From assembly GCA_032718475.1 (NCBI GenBank), contig JAUCBJ010000358.1:1-64000 (forward strand): DNA of 64,000 nt, written 5' to 3'. Origin of the DNA: Nemertoderma westbladi (taxonomy: Eukaryota > Animalia > Xenacoelomorpha). This document shows, piece after piece, positions 11,106 through 23,324 of the stretch. Position 1 is the first letter of the stretch, and every line of letters begins with the position of its first letter. The position numbers and the translations under genes were made by a program. The notes beneath the pieces are model-generated. The model worked only from the letters and a program-made list of their open reading frames with translations. It had not been told where the DNA came from and searched no databases.

Positions 11106-13540
11106 TCTTAGGTTATAAGTTAGGGTTTCATGATAGTTTTAATTAGGGTTGGGTCGCCACTGATACTATTGAAACAAAAATATTATAATAATAGCCTCAA
11201 ACATGAAATTACCCAATGTTACTTTGCGTTTATATCAAATTACTGTTTGTGCATTAGTGACTGACTAAAATGACGTTACACGTTATATATATTTAATGTA
11301 AATTATTGTTTTATTTTTAATAATTATAATTTAGAAATGATGTTTATTTTAAATATTTCATAAATATTTAAATAAATTAGTGATTGTACAATGAAATTGA
11401 ATAGGACACAAAATAAGACATCAGAGTTAATAAATAAGCTAAAAAGTTACGTTTATACCCAATCACTAGATCTATTCAATAAAGCGGCTTTGAAGGGGCT
11501 GTGGTTGGGTTTGGGTATCAGGAGAAGTGGCGACAGAAACCGATAAGTTGGAGTACAGTACATAAAGTACTATCTTTGTGTGGCTGAAAAACACTATAAA
11601 CTTTTAAGTATTGCAAAGGAATGTCATCAATCAATCATAAGACGTACCGGACGTACCATTACGGCGAAAAGGATAATTCTCTATAAATGAAAATGGGTTA
11701 GTTCCTTTTAGAAGGACCTTTTTCTTAGTAACCAAATAAAAAATAATAATAATTTAATATGATTGACTTTTTTGGTCACTAAGAAAAGGGTCCTTCTAAA
11801 CGCACTTACTCATTGTCTATTATGGAAAGGATAATTATCTAGTTTCAAGCAAACTGTTCGCGCTTTTGAAGACCTTTAGCAGTTTAACCTGCCAAAATTT
11901 ATATGTCTTTTAGTTAATTAAAACACCTTTAGCATACGACAATATTTTATGCTAATAAACAAAACATTACCCGAAGTCAGCCCATGCGCGATCATTCACC
12001 CGATGGATCTACACCCGGGAGGCTGAATTCGGCTGCTTAAATTTTATTATTGCAGTGTAAGGTCGCAGTGTAAACTTACTGTATTATTCGATTGATCGCT
12101 AATATGTAATTTCTGACAGATATTATTAACTTTCGGGAAATATTAACAGTTCCTTTAGGACGTGGCGCTCTATCTATTTAAACAGAGCTAGGACTTATAC
12201 TAAACGCAACGATAAGGCTTATGATTAAAGTATAAGTCGCATTCTTTAGGAAATGCTTTGTTACCAGTCACATCACACTCACAATCATGCACACTATTCT
12301 GCCGACCGTCAGTATATTTGATCACACATAAAGAGAACAGCAATTGACTCAGGTAGTGTCTACTAAATAACATTAGATTCAATACACACCACATTGATAT
12401 AAATCGCAATTGTTATATATAGCCTGTCTCTCTAACCTGTAGTGTATCAAGAAATTGGGAAATTTGGGTGATTTATCAATATTCTCCAAATGACAATATT
12501 TCATCAACAAATCGATACAATTAATAACTGACGGTAAATAGCAGTACAAACAATATGATTAGTGCAGTTAAATTAAGTGAGGTAACACCGCCGGTAACAG
12601 TTATACTTTCTATAATCTAAGCAGTTTTACTAGAGTTGTTCCAAAAGCCGGTGTTATGGCGAAAAAATGGGAACACAACAACAGAAACATGTGACTACTG
12701 CTCTATACGAGTATACCAAAAACTCTTATTCCACGAAGCCCCGTTCAACACAGAGGATGAGCATAGAGATAGGAAATTCAGTTCAGTAGCGCTGGGATAG
12801 GTCGAAATCAACGCCTACGCAAATTCTATTGGCCGACACGAACAGCAAGGCTAAGGCAACCTCTCTAAGCTAGTTGGCCGATTAAACTGAGCCCAGATAT
12901 CTCCGTACAGCACATCAGCCAATAAGCTGGTAGCTTGCACTATTTTAGTTATAAATCCCTTTGAGAGTATTCTAGCGACTGGGGGGGAACTGGCCAGCAA
13001 AGGCAAACGTATCAGTTATCCCACAAAAGCTTTTACACAAACGTCGTCAGCTGAGCCCTTTACTGTATGCGATTTCAATGTTTTGTTTCGGCATATCGGT
13101 ATGCTGACTGCTGCACGCTATGTGGAGTAGGCCTAGTGATGCAAACGGTAGAGCATTTTTACTGAAATGAAAGGAAGTAATGACACTGGTAACTGGCCTA
13201 CTGAATATGCTGAGCTATAGTGTGTACGCTAGTGGATTCTCATCCGCCGAATAAAGTTTTGTACATACGTTTCGATCTACCAAGTTCCATAATAGAGCCT
13301 ACTTGCATTTTGGAAAAAATATTCGAGTGATTTAAGAATATTATTAAAACACCCATACCACAACCAAATATTTAGAATAAGCGTAGGCCTACATGTACTA
13401 GAGTATTAACTGAGTGTAAAATATTAGATGTTGTAAAATATTATTCAAATGTGAGAAATGTTTATTGTTTCTGATGATTGCTTGTGACATGAGATCGGAT
13501 AACATGAATGCTTAAGCCCTTCACCATGATTTACGATTTC

Positions 13541-15603
13541 TCAACAGTTTCCACAAGATAGTTTGCACTTTTGCAAGAGATATCCGGTATCACAGCTCTG
13601 CGTCTGGATGTACACGTTACACTTGGCGCCTCTGTCATAGCATCCCTTGGGAACTGAAAAAAAAATGTAAAAGTACAGTACAGAAATATGTACAGTATGA
13701 AGATTTAAGTTCATTGCAGGATCAAAATATTTCACCAAGATAACCGCGAAGTATAGCCAATACGATACAGCTGGGTAAATACAGTAAGAAATGACATCAT
13801 CCACAGGTACACTTAATGTATGTACATTATGTACAGTAGTAGAGGTACACGTACAGTAACTACATTGTGATGTACTACTACCAGTAGGCCTACTAACTTG
13901 CGATACCACCTCACCTCAAGCTGCAGTTGGAACAGTGAGAGCCTCGAACCTCCAATCTACCGTGTAGGCCCCTAATATATACTCACGTTGTGCACCACAA
14001 AGGCCACAGGTTTTGGGGCATCGATGCCACGCTTGGTACTGGGTCTGGACATCGTGGGACGCGCATTTCCCAGACGCTTTGAACTCCGCGCAGTGTAGAT
14101 TATCTTCGGGGTGTGGGTTTATATCTCCCAAAGTATCCAAACAGCCGGCCACTTCAACTCCTATAATAAATGGAGATAAAAAAATACTTTACGATTATTG
14201 AAAAATACATAGGCCCTACACGCTTCCGGGTATTGTTTCACTTCCAGTAATTGCATACTATAATAAACTACCGTTAAGTGTTGTTTAGATTGCAACCAAG
14301 GCCTACTGCAGCCATACAATATACATGTGGGGGGTGGGGGGGGGGGGGGTCTGGACCCAATCAAAATAAATTCCTCCAGGATCGACACAAATAATATCTT
14401 ATTCTCGCTAAAATTAAATTATAACTTTTGCTATTGGCTTCCGTTTAACGATTTGGTTGATGTTGTGCTTCTCGAAACATGAAAACATTGCTTTTTACAG
14501 TAAGTTTTAGAATATATATAGCAATTATACAGTAAACAGTAATACTGCCGTGCAATGTAAAAAGACCGTAAGTCGCATTTTTCAAAAATTCACTTTTTCT
14601 GGGTCTAAAAAATGCGCTCTATCTAATGGTATAATCGAGAACACCGTATCTACTCTAGTTCTCGAGATATGCAATGTAGAAAGGCCGTAAGTCACAACAT
14701 ACAGTATATGTATAGTGTTACAAAGGAAAAAGACCGTAAGTGCAATACAAAAGACCGCAACTACTGTAAATTTATGCAAAAACAGCGTAGGTCACAAGAC
14801 TTGCGGTGTTTTGTCATTGCATAGATAATAAGAAAACACACATACGGTTTTATTGAAATATGTATTTACATACAGGTTGTACAATGCAAATACACCGTAA
14901 GTACAAACAATTACCCTGAAGTCAAAATATTAATGAAAAGTTATAAATAATCACGTAGAAAAATTTCCCACCCCCAATTGCGTAGGGTTATAATAAATTA
15001 GTAATTTACGGACATTTTAAACCAACAATCTGAAGGCAAACAGTAATTTGCGTTTTACCTGAAATTACGTTTTGTGACTTGCGGTTTTTTACATTGCACG
15101 GCAGAGTAGCAAATCAACAGTGTGAATATTATACTGTAGAACCAAACTTCCAACCGCATGCACAATCCGGCTTTACAATTTATTATTTTATATTGGCTTA
15201 AATAAATTACCAACTCATAGTAACTAATTTTACTTTTATCAATTTTACTTATATTTTAATATAAGTAACAGCGGGGTAGCTCAGTTGGTTGAGCGCCGGG
15301 CCTGCAATCTATTGGTTGTAGGTTCAGCCCCGCCAGGGTCCACTCAGCCTTTCATCCACTGGGGTCGATAAAATGAGTACCAGTTAAATAACTGGGAGCA
15401 AATCTTGGGATAGGAGTAGCGCCCACCCCTACCCTCGGGTAGCAGCTATCGAAAGAGGAGCCTTCGGGTCGCCTCCGGCTTCGGCCGACTGTTTGCTTGC
15501 TTTGCTTTGAATATAAGTTAATATTTTAATATTTTCTAACAAATTTTAACAAATCTAACTAATTTACATTGAAATAGTAAATAACTATATTATTATATAC
15601 ACA

Positions 15604-15634
<31 letters not shown>

Positions 15635-18600
15635 AACCTATCGTTTATACTGTAATTATTGCATTATATAAAGTAGATATCAACCAACCGGTACATTGTC
15701 CACAGGCTCCAGTACAGTCTTTCAGCATGTACTCCGGGTTCGCTCGGCATTCCCCAATCGTCGCCCAGTAACCACAACTGGCCTGCGCGTCTACGCAAAC
15801 CGCTGCAAAAATGTATAAAATAATTTATTTACGATATTCGTTTATATTTTTATAATATACGATATTTACGATAACTCAAAATCAGATAAAGTGCTGCGAC
15901 GCGTATCGTTGTGCGTTTAATAATGAAATTCTTCAGTTTTTCACTCCCAGTTACAACCCTGTACGTACATACACTTCCGGTACATAAATAATAATATAAT
16001 CCGTTTCTGAAACCTGGCGGAGGTGGAGGGGTGATGCAGTTCCCGTTACCATCGTCAATCATTCCTTCGGCACATCCGCAATGCAGAATGAAATCCCGGA
16101 TATCGCAGCTCGAGTTCGGTCCACAAACCTGAAATAAATAAGTAATGATAATTATTCAAAAAGTTTTTGAGAATAATAAATTATACTTCGGGAGTGCAAA
16201 CAAAACTGCAGCTGCAAACCGACTCCTATCCCTTGGTTGGTAGTTTAGCATTCGTGATATTAATTCCCTGAGATTGGAATTGCATAAAGAAATGCCCCCA
16301 TCACAGGAGCATATAATAAACATTAAGTTATCCACGCAGTACCGGTAGGCCTACATACATATAATAAATTATACCCTTGTTAAAGTTAATTGCCAGTACT
16401 GTATGCCTACTTCGTATAATTTAATATACAGTATTATTAATTTCATCAACTCAACACTACACCGGATATTTCTACTTACAACTTCGGGGTCGGAACAATC
16501 TTCACATTCTCCAGTATCCTGATTCATTCCAAGATCCCCGGTACATCGACATTCTGGTTTACCGTTGGCGCCAACCTCGCATGCTTGACTTGCACCGCAA
16601 GAAATTCCAACACAAGGGTCAGCTAGAATTTACAATACAAAACTTACTGCATCATCATATTGCATTTACTTACATACTGCGTCACTCTGGACAAGTTATA
16701 TATATATTTAATTAGTTATTGTTAATTAATCCATTATTATATCACATGTCAGCCAAAGTCGAATTCAAAACAGTGTTATATTTATTAGTACCCCTGCTGG
16801 TTCACTCAGATAGTGGCGCAAAATGAGCACAAGTGAAAAATAGGTGTCCAGCACAATTGACCGCAAGTTGAATAAAGTTTCGTTTATTGTTTGGGTTAGA
16901 AAACACATGCCACTGTAACCTGCGCCTTTCCCTTCATTTTTTAAATAAATTAAATAAAATTAATAATAAAATAATTTTTAAACCAACAAACTCATACTGC
17001 AGTTGGTATTTCGGCCATTTTGAGAAATAACTCGTTTCACTTTAATCTATACTTGAGGCCAATACGTGAGCTCTTAGAGAATAGTATATGCAACTTCAAT
17101 GACTGTCTGTTTGATAGAGGTGTAAGGAAGGCCCTACTAAATTAAATAGTATTATTTGAAGGACTTCTATATTCAGATAAAGTTATCTACAAACTTACTT
17201 TTCACACATACTCCATCCTGTAGTCCGTAGCCAGCATTGCAGGTACAGGTTGCAACTCCGCCTACATTGTTGCAGTTACCATTCCCGCCACAATCATTAC
17301 CCGCACATGGATTAGCTAAAAGTTAATAGATTTATATTTTTATTTACAAACAAAATATTGGATAACATATTATATTATAGATTTAAGCATCCTTCTTGAA
17401 CGTTTCCAAAATATATATCTCCGTAAAGGAAAAAACCTGTGATTCTAGTTGTATCTCAGATTCATGAATCTCGGACATTTCTCAACTGAAATAAATATCT
17501 TTACAGATTTGGAAACCTTGCAGGGCCAATCAACTTAAATACGAAAAATATCTGTTTGTGAAACTAGTCTAGTCAAAAGTAATTGATTAATTTTTCTAAC
17601 GTTTGGAAGTAATGCAGTTAATACGTTGATCAAATTAATTGAAATTCAAGTTACTAATATTCAGATTATAATATTATTATTATTAACAATTTATATATAC
17701 CTGAAACTGTTCATATTACTGAGTAAAAACAACATTTTATTGCAATAAAATAATCCACAAATATAACTATCATAACTTAACTATCACTTATAAGCAACGA
17801 CTCAGAGTCACGCATCAGTCGAATATAATTAAAGGTTTATCTTCTTTCAGTTTGTCAATCAATGGTCGTTGGGAGATCTTAAAGACAGCGGGGTTAATCT
17901 GTGCGGAGGCATTGAAATCAATCAAATTGTCGGACTCAGGAGGTAAAGTAATGTCAACGAGGTTGCAGACAACATCATCAATGTGTTCTTTATCCAATTC
18001 CAGAGACGGGGTTGAAGATGGTTTATCAAGGTCGGGAATAGCGGCATCGAACAGCCCGTCCTCAAAAACGTTGTCGTCTAATTTACCTTGTTGTATAGGT
18101 TTAATGACAGCGACTTGTGGTGTGTCTATAATGGAGAGGTTCATAGATAGGCGACGGTTAGCAACTGAGGTTGAAGAGTTCTGGGATTCTTTCTTAATGA
18201 GTTCGAGGAAAGTTGAGTCGCCTTGAGTTGAAGAGAACCGTTGTCGACTTCCGACAGATAAAACGCGGCCTTTGGCGTTAACTAATGGGGTTGAGTGTGC
18301 GAATGGAGGTGCAGATGGGCGGCCAGAGACCGACAGAAGGGAAGTGGACAGGTCGGAGACAGAACCGTTGGTGGATCTTCGAGAAAGGTCGCCGTGGAAA
18401 CTAGAGAGTTCCGGTTTGGAACTGAACCGGTTCCGAGCCGGTGGCGGACAGCTGGGAGGAATCCGAGGTTTCTTCGGAATAGTCGACGGGGGTTTCATCG
18501 CCGAGAGAGACGCGTTTAATTCTCGCGATTTCGCTGACGGCTTCAAAGATGTTTGTAGTTTGGATGTTGCGACATTGACTGATGGTGTCGGGACAATAGG

Positions 18601-21492
18601 TGCCTCGGAGTAAGGGCATGTGGTAGAGGGTGCCTTAATAGCAACCTGATGATTAATTGCAACTTGTGCCTTAATGGCAACTGGTGCTTTAATGAGACTT
18701 GATGCTTTAATGGCACCTTGTGCTTTAATGGTACCTGGTGCTTTAATGGCACCTTGTGCTTTAATGGCACCTTGTGCTTTAATGGCACCTTGTGTCTTAA
18801 TGAGTTTGCCATTTATGTCAATCGATTTAGATCGATACCCTTGGGAATGTGTTGGAGATTTTGGGATGATTGTCTTTACCCCGTTATTTGGACCTGGGTT
18901 ATTATTTTTGTTGTGTTTCGGTTTTGTTGACGCACCTTTATGAATACCAGCTAGTCTGGATTTTAGTGATGGTTCAGTTTTTGACATAGGCTGTACAGAG
19001 TCTCTGCGTTTAGACGGAGCGGGTGGCATTGGTGTTGTAGGAACACAACTGCGTCTAGAAGTAGCTGTAGAGACTTTCGCTTTAGGTTTGGGGACATCCT
19101 TAACTAATCTAACAGGGGTATGGAGTGTCATTTTATTTCGAGTAACAACTGCATTTTCTGAATCCTTTTTGATATTTGTGCGATAATTATAGGACTTATT
19201 AAAATCACCATCGTTGGTTAATGGCGGTACCGGTACATTAGCTTCGATTGGAACCTGGGGTTTGTATTGTGGTCTCGTGCGATTTTCTATCATGGAAATA
19301 TCAGCAAAACTCTTATCTAATGGGATCAGTGATGCGGATGCGTTACCACCATCGCTATTCTCCTGGGAAACCTGACCATAGCGAGATTGACACAAATGAT
19401 CACTATTTGCTGTTCTATTAGTCAAGTCCTTAAAGATAATTTCACGTTTGCTGTCCAGATTGGAGTTAACCAGACCATACCCGGGTGTTGTTGATACAGG
19501 CGAATTCTCTACGAGTTCTATTTCTTCCCTTAAGATGGAGGTTTCGAATGTCATGAATAAATTATCGCACTCCATTATGCAGTTCTGCGCGATGGCTGAT
19601 GGGTGATGCCTGTCTGACAACTAGTTAGGCCGATATCGTTGAAGCAGATGTAATTTTAACAACAACATATAATACTGTAGGCCGAACACGGCAATACTGC
19701 AATAGGGTATATTACCTCCAGCATACAGGTCTATTAGCAGTACTGCCGTACCGGTACCGCAGTGCAAATGCTACAGTATAAGTCTGTACAGTAAGACCAG
19801 AAGTCAGAGTCACACTGTTAAAAGTATATGCACCGGTAGCTTTATAATTGACGGCATGGCATATTACCAGTAATTAAATTTCCCGCTCTTTATATTAAAA
19901 AAAAGTACTTATTTTTCCCAGCGGAAAAAGAAAAATAAGTAATGGTGAAAATATTTTTGGTAGAATTACAAATACTAATAAATGTAAGTATATTTAATTA
20001 ATCAATATAAAACTGCACCAAATTCCCACCACCTATCATCAGAACAATAAAATTAAAAAGATACAAACAATACAATTAAAAAAGGGGGTGCACTGGGGAT
20101 TAATATCGGTCTACGAGGTCATTGCCCCGCAGACCCGCACCATCCCCAAAGCCCAGCGCCCTCCATGGTCGCCGGCCACTACGCAGACAAAGGGAGTTTG
20201 AGCGGAGGAGCGCGAACTGCAGCCGCCTCCGAACTCTCCCGAGAACGCAGGCTAGGCCGCGTTCCCGCATCCCCTGCCGCCGAGCCACTAGGGTCTCAGC
20301 TAGGTGGCTGATGAAGATATCAGTCTCCTTGCACCACACCCCATCGGTGGTTCCGACAAGGGGGGTGAAGGAAAACCTTCTATCTTCGCACACCGCGCTG
20401 TAGTGCCCCTTGTTGGCTCGGACTCTCTGTTGGAGGACAGAGTCCAAGGGCCGGTGAGCATATGAGGGGGCTTCAGCGTTAACGATCGCAATATCGAAAG
20501 ACGCCACCCTTTGCTCGGTCTAGACTCCCCTCGCCAGAAGATCCGCCCTAAATCCCCCCACTTCGCGGCCCCTTCTGTCCAGGTAACCGGATGCCAGGGT
20601 AACCTCGCGCTGGACGCATGCGCCCCAAAAAAATTTTTTGGTAGAATTCAATTTTATTTCATGAATCGAATGAGCATTGAAGTAGAAAAGATTAGTACTG
20701 TTGTAGGTCCAATTATTAAAGTTATTACAACCTATTAGAGTTGAACAATACGATAGTTCGAATCACAGATACCTAAGAAAGTAGATACTATAGTAATCGC
20801 AAATACTGTAGTTAAGTTTATTTTGTTAGGCTATTTCTTTCTATTTCATATTATATTCATATGATTATTTAGTTATATATTTATACTATAGCATATGTCA
20901 TTTATCCCGCTCGGGATGTTTATTATCAAATTAATTTCACATTATATTACTGTGTTAAAGCAAATAGACACCAATTATGTTTTACATTAGGAAAAACTTA
21001 GAATGTTTTATTATATGCATTCATTGATTTTGACCAAAAGCTGAGAAAGTTCAAGGTACCGTACCTTAGTTAATTGTTTACCGTATGGCTACTATGGTTA
21101 TCACTATATATATATTAGGCGCTTATTAACTTACGCACTGGGCACCCGGTTGGCCTCGAAGGTCTAGTACAAGTCTGTCCATTAACTGTGGCAACTGAAA
21201 CAATAAATCATAAATCTTTATACATTATCTTACTCTCATACATTTAATGTGTACATACTCTTACCTTATCATATCTACTGTAACTAACATTCTGGAGCGG
21301 ATTATGATGTCCGGTGTCCGTAGATGTAAGCTGTGTGTAATATCAGTGTGTGTACATAGCTTGTGTGGGGTGTGTAGGCCTACAGTAGTGTCTGTAGATT
21401 GTAAGCTATGTACACTAATGTAGAGCAATTATTGTAAGATCCATATTATAATAACACGCACCTGCCAAACAAATCAAAATGACCACCTTCAT
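13541..21492 (-). CDS. Secreted protein, signal peptide + 3 EGF-like + 3 ShK domains, 288 aa. Exons 21462-21492, 21135-21194, 17199-17315, 16480-16622, 16014-16128, 15689-15802, 13987-14160, 13541-13653
   Basis: All introns are GT-AG with compatible phases (total 867 nt). Protein reads MKVVILICLAVATVNG-QTC..., NPCAGNDCGGNGNC..CTCNAGY, DPCVGISC..CRC, VCGPNSSC..CGC, CVDAQASCGYWATIGECRANPEYMLKDCTGACGQC, ..CPKTCGLC, ..CKLSCGNC*. The exon-5 donor (GTTTCA) is weak. Confidence 0.85.
14545..15104. mobile_element. MITE with ~30-bp TIRs in intron 6 of the EGF-ShK gene
   Basis: CTGCCGTGCAATGTAAAAAGACCGTAAGTC / GACTTGCGGTTTTTTACATTGCACGGCAG; internal ACCGTAAGT repeats. Confidence 0.75.
15267..15509 (+). 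mobile_element. tRNA-derived SINE with Nin/Deu-type central domain
   Basis: A-box TAGCTCAGTTGG, degenerate B-box GGTTCAG, central GTCCACTCAGCCTTTCATCC...GGTCGATAAAATGAGTACC, (TTGC)n tail, TSD AATATAAGT (15258-15266 / 15510-15518). Confidence 0.8.
17815..19575 (-). CDS. Intronless 586-aa disordered Ser/Pro/Lys-rich protein, tentatively GTSE1-like (microtubule +TIP/clathrin adaptor), nested in EGF-ShK intron 2
   Basis: 1.76-kb open frame in AT-rich DNA, first ATG 19575. SxIP motifs (SLIP, STIP); acidic C-terminus with clathrin-box-like LVDI, LIDF, LIDK, LIIFD*; AATAAA ~75 bp past the stop. Coding status is strong; identity is tentative because no GTSE1 N-terminal domain was recognised. Confidence 0.7.
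   Translation of the reverse strand: MECDNLFMTFETSILREEIELVENSPVSTTPGYGLVNSNLDSKREIIFKDLTNRTANSDHLCQSRYGQVSQENSDGGNASASLIPLDKSFADISMIENRTRPQYKPQVPIEANVPVPPLTNDGDFNKSYNYRTNIKKDSENAVVTRNKMTLHTPVRLVKDVPKPKAKVSTATSRRSCVPTTPMPPAPSKRRDSVQPMSKTEPSLKSRLAGIHKGASTKPKHNKNNNPGPNNGVKTIIPKSPTHSQGYRSKSIDINGKLIKTQGAIKAQGAIKAQGAIKAPGTIKAQGAIKASSLIKAPVAIKAQVAINHQVAIKAPSTTCPYSEAPIVPTPSVNVATSKLQTSLKPSAKSRELNASLSAMKPPSTIPKKPRIPPSCPPPARNRFSSKPELSSFHGDLSRRSTNGSVSDLSTSLLSVSGRPSAPPFAHSTPLVNAKGRVLSVGSRQRFSSTQGDSTFLELIKKESQNSSTSVANRRLSMNLSIIDTPQVAVIKPIQQGKLDDNVFEDGLFDAAIPDLDKPSSTPSLELDKEHIDDVVCNLVDITLPPESDNLIDFNASAQINPAVFKISQRPLIDKLKEDKPLIIFD
19879..19886. promoter_or_regulatory. E2F-consensus site TTTCCCGC ~300 bp upstream of the nested gene ATG
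   Basis: Exact TTTSSCGC match; a related GCGGAAAA lies at 19921-19928. A short motif, so it may be chance. Confidence 0.3.
19968..20634 (-). mobile_element. 5'-truncated CRE-like non-LTR retrotransposon fragment (C-terminal restriction-like endonuclease region), degenerate
   Basis: RADLLARGV*TEQRVASFDIAIVNAEAPSY...K..Y...FTPLV..TDG...RRRLQFALLRS...LRSGR, with an in-frame stop. Candidate 14-bp TSD TTTTTGGTAGAATT (19954-19967 / 20635-20648). Confidence 0.75.
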
Positions 21493-22409
21493 TTTCAACA
21501 GTTTTCTGTATAAAATCAAAATAATTATTTAAAATTTAATTACTCTACGAATTTTTTTCCTCGAATTTTGTCAAATTTAACCGACTGAAAAAGTGGAAAT
21601 GTAATCATTTGTTCGCTACAAGTTATTAAAACATAAATCCACGAGTAATAATGCGTTGTAGCTGAACCAATCATCAACCTACACGTTTTTATAAAGTCAG
21701 AATTATGGATCTCTAACTAATAGTATGATACCACGTATTTATGACCTCGAAGACATGTGTTTGGTGAAGTTTCTATTCATTTCGTTCAGTATCGATGTAC
21801 AGTACTGCAAGAATTGTAAAGGGCGCATAACTTCTAAGTATTAACAACATGTGGGCTGTTTAGTCATTTTTACTTCTCTGTAAGCATGTCATTTACGGTA
21901 CTTTTACAACTTACATACTCTGCTGTACATGCATACTGTAATGGCTCTGCAATGCCGTATTTTAATTTGCCATCGACTTTATTAAGTAAGCCTTTAGTTA
22001 CTGAAGTAGTACAGGGAGGCAGGATTGCGAGGGGGTGGTGAGAGATTCTGGAGTTGGAGGCTACTGTCATGTTCCTGTTCCACCCCGACCGACCAAGCCA
22101 TTGGTGGACCTGAGGCAAGTTACTAGACTAGCCTCAGTTATTACCCAAACACTCGGGTCCCCAATGCGACAAGTCGTGCTGACTGCCCCGACAGTTAAGC
22201 TTTGCCTTAGCGCAGTGGGTGTTCAAGAGCACCGAATGCAAACTGGACAGACTAATTAAGGTTCTGATTAAGGACATGGGGGCGGTTGGCAACTTGCCCT
22301 CACATTAGTAGATGATAGTGGCAATGGTGGAATTGGTCTATTGATGAATCCAACGGCACATGCAGCATTGGACAAAATAGACCAAATCTCTAACCGCGTC
22401 ATCCGTTGC

Positions 22410-22695
22410 CACTTGGAGTGTGGTGGGAAGAGTCCGACTAATAGACTAAGTCGACGACTGGACGAATCTACGAGGATTGCGATCTGGGTTTGGCGGCGGC
22501 CCGGATCCTGCGATCGCCTGGGGGAAATGGTTGAACGTTGGGCAGACGTGTATCGCCCGGATTACGTTCTCTCCGACGCGTAGATGTGAGGCGAATTCGT
22601 TGTCGAATTGGGTCGGAAGCTGCGGGGAATTATACTGTTCTATGGGAATAAACCGCAGCGGTCCGGTGACTACGGACCGATACTGGGATGAGCAG
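22410..22695 (+). pseudogene. Aldehyde dehydrogenase (ALDH3-like) pseudogene fragment
   Basis: LECGGKSP, IAWGKWLNVGQTCIA / PDYVL and FYG..P..SGDYG occur in different frames (frameshifts, stops) with no intervening introns. Confidence 0.8.
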
Positions 22696-23324
22696 GTATT
22701 TCGATCGAGTTTCTCGTATTCTCGATGCTCGAGGCGGATAGAGAGTTGGTTGTAGATAGCTGGATAGCTCTGATCTGTTTGTAATTATCTTTTTTGTTAT
22801 TGTTATTTATTTATACTCGGAATTTGAGGAAGTCGACATTAATGAAGTATAAGTATGAAGTAATGAAGCGCTTTATATTGGACATATAATACCAGGTAGT
22901 ATTCAAAGAGACCACGATGATACTTATTTTATGAATAATAATCATGGTAATTATTGGAGGACTACAGTCGGGGAGGTTTAGTTATTCCTCCCGATTAGCC
23001 GATAGTCTTGTATTTTGTGTTACATTTTTATATTTCTTATACAACAGGATGTAACGCCCTTGTCATCTTGTGTAAAACTGTATTTACACTTTACACAGCC
23101 GATATTTTTATATTACTGTATTAACAACTGGCTGACTGGGCTCAGCTAGTGCCATCTGATTATTTAAGCAAATGTTGTCCAATTCTATCAAACATATTAT
23201 CAAATAATTGGTAAAATAAGGAAAACACCAGATAAAGATACTGAGCTTATGGTAAAGAGATAGGCCGAACTTACAATTTCCAAAAAGATTGTTCATATAA
23301 TAAATATATTTTTGGTATTTGATT

